From the NCBI GenBank assembly GCA_964597275.1, contig CAZQXS010000007.1, positions 1-53,857 on the forward strand: 53,857 nt of DNA. The letters run 5' to 3'. A model generated the notes under the pieces. That model saw only the letters and a list, made by a program, of their open reading frames with translations. It made no database searches and had not been told where the DNA came from. This document shows positions 17,783 through 25,489 of the stretch, in pieces. Positions within the stretch are counted from its first letter, which is position 1, and each line of letters starts with the position of its first letter. A program made the translations under genes and the position numbers. Source of the stretch: an uncultured Pseudomonadota bacterium. Its GTDB lineage: Bacteria > SAR324 > NAC60-12.

Positions 17783-18855
17783 AGTACACGCTGGACCTGC
17801 TGACGCAGGCGGCAGTGGTGATTGACGGCGAAGGGCGGGTGTGCTTCAGCAACGAAGCGGCGGCCCAGCTTTGGGGGTGGGACACGGAGCGGTTGCATCA
17901 GCTTCGGGTCGCGGATTTGTTTCCGGACGACCCCGAAGTGCAGCGTCATGTCGAGCAGGTGTTCGCCACGGGCAAAACCATCCGTCGGCCCGGACTTCGC
18001 TCCGAAAGCCGCCCATTGGCCGGACGGGTGCTGGACGTGATTGTGAGTCCGGTGCTGGACGATTCCGGCAACACCATGCAGGCGTTGCTCTGTCTGCTGG
18101 ACACCACTCACCACCACGCAGCCCAAGCGCGGGAGGCGGAGGAGCGCATCATGGAGCAGTTGGGATTGATGACCGCCTCACTCGCTCACGAAATCCGCAA
18201 TCCTCTCAGCGGCATCAAGGGGGCGCTGCAACTCATTCAGCGCGACCCGCAGGTTTCCCGTCCGCACGGAGATGCGTTCGGCCTCATGCTGGGGGAGTTG
18301 GAGCGCATCGAGCGCTTGCTGCAAAACCTCCAGCACTTTGCGCATCCCGCCCCGCTGAATCCCCAGCCCATGGACCTGCACGAACTGCTGGCCAACATCA
18401 TCGAGTTTGAAAAGCAGCACTCGCCGAACTTGCGGTTCCATGCCCAATTCGACCTCTCGCTCCCCCCCGTGTTGGGCGACCGAGACAAGCTTCATCAAAT
18501 CTTCCTGAACCTCGTGCGCAACGCGGTGGAAGCCTCGCCGCCGGAAGGGGTGGTGCGCCTGAAGACACGCCCCTGCTCGCGCTGGGAACTGGCCGGGACC
18601 GCGCTGGATCCGTCCCAATCCTACCTCCTTGTCACGGTTTCCGACCAAGGTGGCGGCGTGGCCCCGGAACACGTCGAGCAGTTGTTCAAGCCCTTCTTCA
18701 CCACCAAGCCCTCCGGACACGGACTCGGCCTGCCCATCACGCATCGGCTCATCCGCGCCCACGGCGGACAAATCCACCACGCTCCTGCCAAATCCGGCGG
18801 CGCATGCTTTGAAGTCATGCTCCCGTGGAGCCGGAATCCCGAAGCCGACGGCTGA
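17773..18855 (+). CDS. cytoplasmic PAS-domain sensor histidine kinase (NtrB-like architecture)
   Basis: N-terminal PAS (VVIDGEGRVCFSNEAAAQLWGW). H-box LAHEIRNPLSGIKG, N-box LVRNAVEA, G1 DQGGGV, G2 GHGLGLPI. No TM segment. No response regulator anywhere in the window. Confidence 0.9.
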   Translation: MEAKYTLDLLTQAAVVIDGEGRVCFSNEAAAQLWGWDTERLHQLRVADLFPDDPEVQRHVEQVFATGKTIRRPGLRSESRPLAGRVLDVIVSPVLDDSGNTMQALLCLLDTTHHHAAQAREAEERIMEQLGLMTASLAHEIRNPLSGIKGALQLIQRDPQVSRPHGDAFGLMLGELERIERLLQNLQHFAHPAPLNPQPMDLHELLANIIEFEKQHSPNLRFHAQFDLSLPPVLGDRDKLHQIFLNLVRNAVEASPPEGVVRLKTRPCSRWELAGTALDPSQSYLLVTVSDQGGGVAPEHVEQLFKPFFTTKPSGHGLGLPITHRLIRAHGGQIHHAPAKSGGACFEVMLPWSRNPEADG

Positions 18856-18904
18856 CTTTTGTGTTGAGCTTCCCTGCAAAATTGCGTCTAATGAAACGCT
18901 TGGT

Positions 18905-18981
18905 GGCGAGCGTAGCTCAGCTGGTAGAGCACCGGGTTGTGATCCCGGTGGTCGAGGGTTCAAGTCCCTTCGCTCGCCCCA
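18905..18981 (+). tRNA. tRNA-His: tRNA-His (anticodon GTG), CCA encoded
   Basis: Hand-folded cloverleaf. 8-bp acceptor stem including the His-specific G-1:C73 pair (GGCGAGCG / CGCTCGCC). D-arm GCTC-AGCTGGTA-GAGC. Anticodon arm CCGGG-TTGTGAT-CCCGG. T-arm GAGGG-TTCAAGT-CCCTT. 3' CCA at 18979-18981. Confidence 0.92.
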
Positions 18982-19017
18982 GTGACCGCAAGCACGGATT
19001 TTCAGAAGGGCGGCGCT

Positions 19018-19935
19018 TCAGCCTCCGGCAACAGAGATGTTCCTCTGTCGGCTCCTTCGTTCCGGATGGGGCACTTCCGTGATCTTCCCCGCCGATTCGA
19101 TCACACCTTCTGCAAAAAACTCCAGCCACGCCTCCCAGTCGCCCTCGTAGCGCACTTGGTTGAGCCGTTCGTAGTAGGTTTGCCGATGTCGCTTGAAGTA
19201 GCTCCCCAACGGCAGCAACGGCAACCGGAGCGTTTGATCTGCGCAGAGGATCAGGTTGACAAGCAACCGTCCCAGCCGCCCGTTGCCATCCTGAAAGGGG
19301 TGGATGGACTCCAGTTGCACATGCGCCAGCGCGGCCTTGAGCAGAGGCGGTGCCGAGCTGTGGTTGAGGTAGCACACGAGCGTCTTCATGCACTCCTGAA
19401 TGAGGTAGGGCGGGGGCGGCACAAACACGGCACGTTCCAGATGCGCCGCCCCCACCCAGTTTTGCATGGGGCGGAACTCCCCCGGAGCCTTGTCGCAACC
19501 CCGTCCCTTGCGAAGCAGCAGTTGGTGCATCTCCCTCAGCAGCCGCACCGAGAGCGGAGCGCCCCTGCTGAGTTTGCTCAGTCCGTGTTGGGTGGCCACC
19601 CAGTAGCCCGCGATTTCCTGAAGCTCCTTGCGCGACAGCACATAGGGCGCGTGGTGCTTGTCCAGAAACCAGTGGAACTCGGGAAACTCCTCGGTTGGAT
19701 GCTGGCCAAGCCTTTCCCGGCGCAGGTGCGCTTGCAGGAACTGCACGGGATTCCGGAGGCGTTGGGAAAGGCAGTTCACCCGCTGGAGGGCGCGTTGCGC
19801 CTGAGCGAACTGATCGGCGAGTGCGGAGGTCCACTGGAGCGGAGGACGGGGCGGCAGAACGGCGGGGACGAAGGCTTGCGTGGTGCCCTCCTTCGCCAAA
19901 ATGGTCACATGGTGTCCTTGCAACGCCCGCTTCAT
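19018..19935 (-). CDS. fic: Fic-family protein (AMPylase-type), apparently lacking the usual C-terminal winged-helix region
   Basis: Core motif HPFQDGNGRLGR. Start chosen at MKRALQGHH (ATG 19935), preceded by AAGGAG. The ORF ends soon after WLEFFAEGVIESA, 36 nt from the tRNA-His 3' end. Related Fic_N-Fic proteins as I recall them continue about 80-100 aa further. Confidence 0.8.
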   Translation of the reverse strand: MKRALQGHHVTILAKEGTTQAFVPAVLPPRPPLQWTSALADQFAQAQRALQRVNCLSQRLRNPVQFLQAHLRRERLGQHPTEEFPEFHWFLDKHHAPYVLSRKELQEIAGYWVATQHGLSKLSRGAPLSVRLLREMHQLLLRKGRGCDKAPGEFRPMQNWVGAAHLERAVFVPPPPYLIQECMKTLVCYLNHSSAPPLLKAALAHVQLESIHPFQDGNGRLGRLLVNLILCADQTLRLPLLPLGSYFKRHRQTYYERLNQVRYEGDWEAWLEFFAEGVIESAGKITEVPHPERRSRQRNISVAGG

Positions 19936-20087
19936 CTTTCTCTCCTTCGGAAAGATCAAGGCCCAAGCGTTATTGTACAACAGCTTGGTTCGGGAAGGGA
20001 ACGAAAAGTTTGTGGCGAGGTTCGTTCATGCTTCAACAAGCTCAGCGCGAACGACGGGGCATTCCCGCGAAATCCGTAAGAGTTGCG

Positions 20088-20231
20088 TTAGCGGGAATCG
20101 CTGTCCGAGTGGGATTCGGCGTGGTTTTCCGAGGATTCCGACTGGAAGTGGGAGTCCACCAGATCGAGAGCCAAGAGGATGGCGCCAATGACGGCGAAGC
20201 AGATGAGGTAGTTGCGGAGAATGCGGGGCAT
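20088..20231 (-). CDS. 47-aa single-TM mini-protein (below the ORF-track cutoff)
   Basis: Hand translation: MPRILRNYLICFAVIGAILLALDLVDSHFQSESSENHAESHSDSDSR*. The ATG lies 1 nt after the hsp20 TGA. One hydrophobic helix plus an acidic Ser/His-rich tail. Codon third positions are mostly G/C, like the neighbouring genes. Confidence 0.4.
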   Translation of the reverse strand: MPRILRNYLICFAVIGAILLALDLVDSHFQSESSENHAESHSDSDSR

Positions 20232-20232
20232 G

Positions 20233-20688
20233 TCAGTCGTCCATGAGGGTTTGTGAGGCGACCGGATCGGAGCCTGACCGGGAAGCCAGTTTCATGCGGA
20301 CCTGCAAGACACCGTTTTCGAGGACAAACTCGTGCGACTCCACCTGCTGGTTTTCCGGAGTCACAAACTCGCAGCGGAACGTGCCCTTGGGGCGGCTGGA
20401 GTGCAGGCAGGAGGTTTCGGCTTCCAGCACTTCCGGGAAGCGGCCTGTGACCACAAGGCGCTGGGCCTCCAGCGAAACCTCCAAGTCCGACAACAACACG
20501 CCGGGGAGGTCAATGCTCAGGATCAGCTCGCCGTTGCGGCGGAAGAGGTCGTAAGGCGGATGAAACCGGGCCGGGGCGTTTTCGCCTTCGGCCACCGAGG
20601 CACTCAGCAATTCGGAAAGCCGCTCGTCGTTATGGAGCTTGCGGGCCAGCAGTTCATTCAGCGATTGTGTTTGTGCAGGAACCGACAT
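20233..20688 (-). CDS. Hsp20/alpha-crystallin family small heat-shock protein
   Basis: Only the last 151 codons of track ORF 20233..21639 look real: MSVPAQTQSL...FRRNGELILSIDLPGVLLSDLEVSLEAQRLVVTGRF...FRCEFVTPE...VLENGVLQVRM (ACD fold pattern). The upstream part of that ORF is antisense to pgi. Confidence 0.8.
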   Translation of the reverse strand: MSVPAQTQSLNELLARKLHNDERLSELLSASVAEGENAPARFHPPYDLFRRNGELILSIDLPGVLLSDLEVSLEAQRLVVTGRFPEVLEAETSCLHSSRPKGTFRCEFVTPENQQVESHEFVLENGVLQVRMKLASRSGSDPVASQTLMDD

Positions 20689-20748
20689 AAAATTGAAACA
20701 CTTGCAAAACGTCAAAGAAAATTCTAAGTTATCGCCTTCCTTCTGTGA

Positions 20749-22368
20749 ATGCAACTCCAGAACAGGGTCATGTGCGCGTCTGCTAACAAATGGACCCATT
20801 TTCAGCAATGGTGCCTTGAGATTCCAGAGTTGCAGATCACGCTCGACCTGAGCCAATCCGGATTGACCCAAGAGGCGCTCGCCGCCTTTGAGCAACCCTG
20901 TGCTGAGGTGCTGGCGAGCATGGCGGAATTGGAAGCCGGTGCGCTGGCGAATCCTGACGAGCAGCGGCAGGTGGGGCACTACTGGCTGCGGAACCCGGAA
21001 CTTGCGCCCACCCATGAAATCGCAGAGGACATCCGCAACGCCTGGACCGCGATTGACGAGTTCACGCAGGCGGTCCATGACGAAACGCTGGCTACGTCCA
21101 CAGGGGGCCGCTTCCGGAACCTCCTGCTGATCGGCATTGGCGGCTCGGCGCTGGGGCCACAACTGGTGCATCAGGCGCTCCGAACAGCTGCCGATCCGCT
21201 GCGGGTTTGGTTTCTGGACAACACCGACCCGGACGGCTTTGACCGAGTGCGAGCAGACCTTGGAGCAGGACTCGCAGAAACCCTCGCGGTGGTGGTGTCC
21301 AAATCCGGGGGCACCAAGGAAACTCGCAACGGCATGCTGGAAGCCCAAGCGTGGTTTGCGGAAGCCGGACTGGATTTTGCGAAACACGCGGTTGCCGTGA
21401 CTGGAGCCGGAAGCGAACTGGACCGCATGGCGGAATCGCAAGGCTGGTTGCGGCGTTTCCCAATGTGGGACTGGGTGGGCGGACGCACCTCCGAGCTTGC
21501 GGTGGTGGGACTCCTGCCCGCCGCACTGCAAGGCGTGGACTGGCGGCAACTTGTGGAAGGGGCGCGGGAGATGGACGTGCAGACCCGCAATCCGCAAGTC
21601 GTGGACAATCCGGCACTGCTGCTTGCGATTGCATGGCACCTCGCCGGAGAGGGACGCGGCAAACGGGCACTAGTCGTATTGCCGTACAAGGACCGCCTGG
21701 AACTGTTCGGACGCTACCTGCAACAGTTGGTGATGGAATCGCTAGGCAAGGCGCATGACCTGTCTGGAAGCACCGTCCATCAGGGCTTGACGGTTTACGG
21801 CAACAAAGGCTCGACCGACCAGCACGCCTACGTCCAGCAGCTCCGGGAAGGGCCGGATGATTTTTTTGCGACCTTCCTTGCGGTGCGGGAAGATCGTCAG
21901 GGCGCGAGCCGGGAAGTGGAGCCGGACATCACGTCTGGAGATTACCTGCACGGCTTCTGGCTGGGCACACGGGCCGCGCTGGCCGAGGCGGGTCGCCGCT
22001 CGGTTTCGCTGGTGCTGGACCAGCTCACGCCCCGCACGCTGGGAGCGTTGATCGCGCTGTTTGAGCGCACGGTCGGTTTTTACGCCGCGTTGATCGGCAT
22101 CAATGCCTATCACCAGCCCGGAGTCGAAGCCGGAAAAGTTGCCGCCAACGAGGTCTTGCGGCTCCAGCAGAAATTGCTGGATGTCTTGCGGGAGGCTCCG
22201 GAACGCGGCTGGACGGCGGAAGCCCTTGCCGAAAAATGCGGAAAGCCGCAGTCGGCAGAAACGGTTTTCCACTTGCTGGAACACCTTGCCGCAAACCAGC
22301 GGCTGCTCCGCAAAGCCGGAACCACGCCGTTTGACGCCACGTTCCGAATCAGGGCGTCGGCAGTTTGA
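20749..22368 (+). CDS. pgi: glucose-6-phosphate isomerase
   Basis: HYWLRNPELAP, IGIGGSALGPQ, SKSGGTKETRNG, GGRTSELAVVGLLPAAL; 539 aa. The start could also be the second Met at 20770. Confidence 0.9.
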   Translation: MQLQNRVMCASANKWTHFQQWCLEIPELQITLDLSQSGLTQEALAAFEQPCAEVLASMAELEAGALANPDEQRQVGHYWLRNPELAPTHEIAEDIRNAWTAIDEFTQAVHDETLATSTGGRFRNLLLIGIGGSALGPQLVHQALRTAADPLRVWFLDNTDPDGFDRVRADLGAGLAETLAVVVSKSGGTKETRNGMLEAQAWFAEAGLDFAKHAVAVTGAGSELDRMAESQGWLRRFPMWDWVGGRTSELAVVGLLPAALQGVDWRQLVEGAREMDVQTRNPQVVDNPALLLAIAWHLAGEGRGKRALVVLPYKDRLELFGRYLQQLVMESLGKAHDLSGSTVHQGLTVYGNKGSTDQHAYVQQLREGPDDFFATFLAVREDRQGASREVEPDITSGDYLHGFWLGTRAALAEAGRRSVSLVLDQLTPRTLGALIALFERTVGFYAALIGINAYHQPGVEAGKVAANEVLRLQQKLLDVLREAPERGWTAEALAEKCGKPQSAETVFHLLEHLAANQRLLRKAGTTPFDATFRIRASAV

Positions 22369-23143
22369 GCTTGGTGAGTTGGTGCTGGGTTTTCCCTTCG
22401 TGGAACTCCAGCAGATGATGCGGTGGTGCGGCGGCAAGGATGAGCGTGAACTCGGACTTTTCCTTGGGGAGCAAGGCGCGCAGGGTCCACGAGTCGGGAT
22501 AAATCCGCAACGTGTGGGCCTCGTGGGTGCCCACGCGGGTGTTGAACGCCCCGGAACGCTCGCGCACCACGCGCATGCGCACCAGACTCATGGACTGCGG
22601 CAAGGCACCAGATTCGAGTTCAATGGCGAGCGCGGGCAGGTAGAGCGTGAAGACAAACGGCTCGTCGCGTGACGCCCGGAGGATCGGCCCAAGCCGCTTG
22701 CGGAGGAAGTCGAACACGTTCTCAAACGAGGCAAAGCGTTCGCGGGGCACCTCCAGCTCAAACGACCGGGCCTCGCTGCCGTGCCGCAGTTCGGTGCGGA
22801 TGCTTCCGGAGCCGTAGGTGTTGGTGATCAAGAGGTTTTCGCGGAGGTCTTCTTCCTCGTAGCGAAGCGGCTCTCCGTGGTGGGCGTCGAACCAGAGCCG
22901 CTTGCGGGAGAAGGCTTCGCCCTCCGGATCGGTGTTTTCACTGCGCTCGATCAGGCACTCCTGTCCGCCACAGGAGGTGGTTGCATAGCGCAGGTGGGTG
23001 AAGCCCGTGACTTGCTGACGCTCCACGTTCCAATGCTGGTAACTCAGCAGGGTTCCGGGCTTGGGCAGGAAACTCTGGGCCGAGGCAAGGGCAGGCCACC
23101 CCAATACGCCAAGCACGAAGAGTCCAAGGATGAAGCGCTTCAC
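22349..23143 (-). CDS. secreted protein of unknown function
   Basis: A GTG at 23143 opens the signal peptide VKRFILGLFVLGVLGWPALASAQ, 4 nt after the upstream stop. The N-terminal part of track ORF 22349..23305 is out-of-context read-through. The 3' end overlaps pgi convergently by 20 nt. Confidence 0.55.
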   Translation of the reverse strand: MKRFILGLFVLGVLGWPALASAQSFLPKPGTLLSYQHWNVERQQVTGFTHLRYATTSCGGQECLIERSENTDPEGEAFSRKRLWFDAHHGEPLRYEEEDLRENLLITNTYGSGSIRTELRHGSEARSFELEVPRERFASFENVFDFLRKRLGPILRASRDEPFVFTLYLPALAIELESGALPQSMSLVRMRVVRERSGAFNTRVGTHEAHTLRIYPDSWTLRALLPKEKSEFTLILAAAPPHHLLEFHEGKTQHQLTKLKLPTP

Positions 23144-23147
23144 AACG

Positions 23148-23369
23148 TCAGTCCGTGAGCTTGACGAGCCGATTGCGGTAGGCGGTTTGCAGCGAGTACT
23201 TGGGCTGATCCGGCTCGTCTTCGGAGGTGTACCAAAACGCAGAGTGCTTGGGGTCCACATGGAGGATGGTGAACACACGGCCCGTGTGTTCCTCACGGTT
23301 TCCATACAGCACCCGGTCGTTGGCCCGAAGCGGCTTGCCGTTTTGGTCTAGGAATTCAGTGGTGGTCAT
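23148..23369 (-). CDS. hypothetical small protein (73 aa)
   Basis: MTTTEFLDQNGKPLRANDRVLYGNREEHTGRVFTILHVD... has balanced composition. It sits 9 nt after the zinc-ribbon ORF and 4 nt before the secreted-protein gene. Confidence 0.5.
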   Translation of the reverse strand: MTTTEFLDQNGKPLRANDRVLYGNREEHTGRVFTILHVDPKHSAFWYTSEDEPDQPKYSLQTAYRNRLVKLTD

Positions 23370-23378
23370 CGCGAATGA

Positions 23379-23567
23379 TCAGTTGTAGCTGCCCTCGCAT
23401 TTGCGGCAGAGCGGATCGCGCTTGCGTCGCATCGAGGGGCGGGACATGCATCGTCGGCACACGACCTCGTCGCAACGCACACAAATCAAGGTGTGGGACT
23501 GAAACCGACTCAGCGGAAACCCGCAGAGAAAACAGGCTTCTGAGGGGGTTCGATGGACTTCCAACAT
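23379..23567 (-). CDS. 62-aa four-CxxC zinc-ribbon mini-protein
   Basis: C-terminal part of track ORF 23379..23987: MLEVHRTPSEACFLCGFPLSRFQSHTLICVRCDEVVCRRCMSRPSMRRKRDPLCRKCEGSYN, with CxxC at four positions. The longer 202-aa version is antisense to rsmB. Confidence 0.45.
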   Translation of the reverse strand: MLEVHRTPSEACFLCGFPLSRFQSHTLICVRCDEVVCRRCMSRPSMRRKRDPLCRKCEGSYN

Positions 23568-23613
23568 GGGTGCAGAACCAGAGAGAACAATTGCATTACC
23601 ATACGAGTCCCTG

Positions 23614-24978
23614 ATGGGACTTGCAAAACCAAAGCGACATCGCCCTCGCACACAACGCCCCAAGGCTCCGGAAAGTTCGGTGCGGGAGCAAGTGCTGGCG
23701 GACTTCGGCGCGTTCCAGAAATCGGGACACTGGAACCCAAGCCCTTCCGCAAAACTGGAGGGCGAGCGCGACCGTCGGCTGTACACGCAACTCCTGCAAG
23801 GGCTGGCACGACACCACCGCCTGCTGAAGGCCGTTGTGCAGGAACGCCTGCACCGAGGCATCCAGCTCACTCCGGATGTTGCGGCGGCACTGGAGTTGGG
23901 AGCCTTTGAGCTGTTGCACATGGACCGCATTCCCGCCCATGCCACGCTGAACGAGGTGGTGGGCGCAGTGCGGCGGAACTCCGGCACCGCCGCCTCGAAG
24001 CTGGTGAACGGGGTTTTGCGTAGCCTTCAGCGCGATCTGGAAGCCGACAAGCCCGTTCCGGGCGCACAACCGCTGGCCGTCCGCACCTCCCACCCAGACT
24101 GGATGGTGGCGCGCTGGACCGAAAATTACGGTGTCGAGCAGGCCGAACAGATTTGCGAGGCGAACAACCGCTTTTCCGGAATCACGATCTGTCCGGGGCT
24201 TGGAATCAGCGGCACCGAGTTGCAGCAGCAACTTGGCGAAGAAGGAATCGAGGTCACGCCCCACCCACGGGTTCCGGATGCGTTGCTCGTGGAGCAGTCG
24301 GCAGGCATCTGGGAAACCCGAACCTACGCCGAAGGTCGGTTTTGGGTGCAGGATCCCTCTTCACAGGTCATCACCCAATTGCTGGCGGAACGGCTGGAGG
24401 GCACAGTGCTGGACGTGTGCGCGGCTCCGGGAGGAAAAACCCTTGGGCTGGTGCGCAACGGCATCAACGTGCAGGCCGCCTGCGACCTCTCGACACGGCG
24501 GATGCGAAGAGTGCGTGGCAATTTTGAGCGTTGTCAGGTACGATGCCCACCTTTGCTGGTGTCCGACGGAATCGCCCTGCCGCTGCCCGACCGCTCGGTG
24601 GACGCGGTGCTGCTCGATGTGCCCTGCTCGGCCACCGGGACGATTCGCAAGAATCCGGACATCAAGTGGGCGCGGGGCGCAACCGAATTACTGAATTGGC
24701 TCCCACTCCAAAGCCAGCTTCTGCATGAAGCGGCACGAGTGGTGCGGCCCCAAGGCGTGATCGCCTATGCAACCTGCTCGCTTGAACCGGAGGAGAACGT
24801 CCGGCAAGTGCAGTCATTTTTGGGGGCAACGCCCAAGTTCGTGCTTGAGCCTTGGTCCGCCCGCAAGCCCCTGCCTCCGGCATGGGCGAGTTGGGAAACT
24901 CGCGAGGGGGCGTGGCAAATGCTGCCGGACGACACGACGATGGGATTTTATGCCGCATTTTTGCGGCGTGTCGAATAA
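23614..24978 (+). CDS. rsmB: 16S rRNA (cytosine-C5)-methyltransferase RsmB/Sun-like
   Basis: NusB-like N-domain, SAM motif DVCAAPGGKT, catalytic regions DVPCSATGTIRKNPDIKW and YATCSLEPEENV. The track start is 23566. Met at 23614 (MGLAKPK) is preferred because it avoids overlap with the divergent ORF. Confidence 0.85.
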   Translation: MGLAKPKRHRPRTQRPKAPESSVREQVLADFGAFQKSGHWNPSPSAKLEGERDRRLYTQLLQGLARHHRLLKAVVQERLHRGIQLTPDVAAALELGAFELLHMDRIPAHATLNEVVGAVRRNSGTAASKLVNGVLRSLQRDLEADKPVPGAQPLAVRTSHPDWMVARWTENYGVEQAEQICEANNRFSGITICPGLGISGTELQQQLGEEGIEVTPHPRVPDALLVEQSAGIWETRTYAEGRFWVQDPSSQVITQLLAERLEGTVLDVCAAPGGKTLGLVRNGINVQAACDLSTRRMRRVRGNFERCQVRCPPLLVSDGIALPLPDRSVDAVLLDVPCSATGTIRKNPDIKWARGATELLNWLPLQSQLLHEAARVVRPQGVIAYATCSLEPEENVRQVQSFLGATPKFVLEPWSARKPLPPAWASWETREGAWQMLPDDTTMGFYAAFLRRVE

Positions 24979-25020
24979 ATTGGAATTTTTCTTGCTACAG
25001 GGTTAGCCTTCCTCTAGGAG

Positions 25021-25446
25021 ATGGCACCCAGAACCATTCAGAACGGAGATCGAATGGAAGACATCAAACAAAAGCTACAGGAGGAAAAGGATCAGATCCT
25101 TTCCGAATTGCAGGCCCAAAGGGCACTCAACCAAGACGCCTCCCGCAAGGACGTGGGAGACGAGGTGGACAGCTCCGTGGACGAACAGGAGCGCGAGCTG
25201 AGCCTGCTCATGCGCGACCGCGACCGCGACCGCCTCGAAGCGATCGAGGAGGCGATTCAGCGCATGTTCACCGGAGACTACGGGTTCTGCGAGGAATGCG
25301 GGGATGAAATTCCGAAGCGGCGCTTGATCGCCATGCCGCTGGCACGGTTGTGCGTGAACTGCCAGCAGGATCAGGAGCGAGCCAATATCGCCCTGAGTGC
25401 GACCTCAAGCACCATGTACCTTAACTCCCTGCCGCGCGAGGACTGA
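25021..25446 (+). CDS. TraR/DksA-family C4 zinc-finger protein
   Basis: Coiled-coil N-half with an acidic tip (GDEVDSSVDEQEREL), and CEECGDEIPKRRLIAMPLARLCVNCQ (CxxC-N17-CxxC). TAGGAG lies just upstream of the ATG. Confidence 0.8.
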   Translation: MAPRTIQNGDRMEDIKQKLQEEKDQILSELQAQRALNQDASRKDVGDEVDSSVDEQERELSLLMRDRDRDRLEAIEEAIQRMFTGDYGFCEECGDEIPKRRLIAMPLARLCVNCQQDQERANIALSATSSTMYLNSLPRED

Positions 25447-25489
25447 GCGGCAACCGGAACCTGCTTCCGGAGGGGCTGAAAACTCAGCC

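Noticed and set aside
18917-20079. Alternative frames over the fic locus: 18917..19966 (-) at 349 aa and 18982..20079 (+) at 365 aa
   Set aside because: Only frame 19018..19980 (-) contains the Fic core HPFQDGNGRLGR and an RBS-preceded ATG. The 349-aa frame would also run through the tRNA-His gene.
18982-20700. Intact genomic island or prophage integrated at tRNA-His
   Set aside because: No integrase, excisionase, phage structural gene or repeated tRNA 3' segment was seen. Only the short fic gene hints at a remnant.
20689-21639. Upstream two-thirds of the 468-aa minus ORF 20233..21639
   Set aside because: The alpha-crystallin similarity starts at Met 20688. The remainder is antisense to pgi and Arg/His/Pro-rich.
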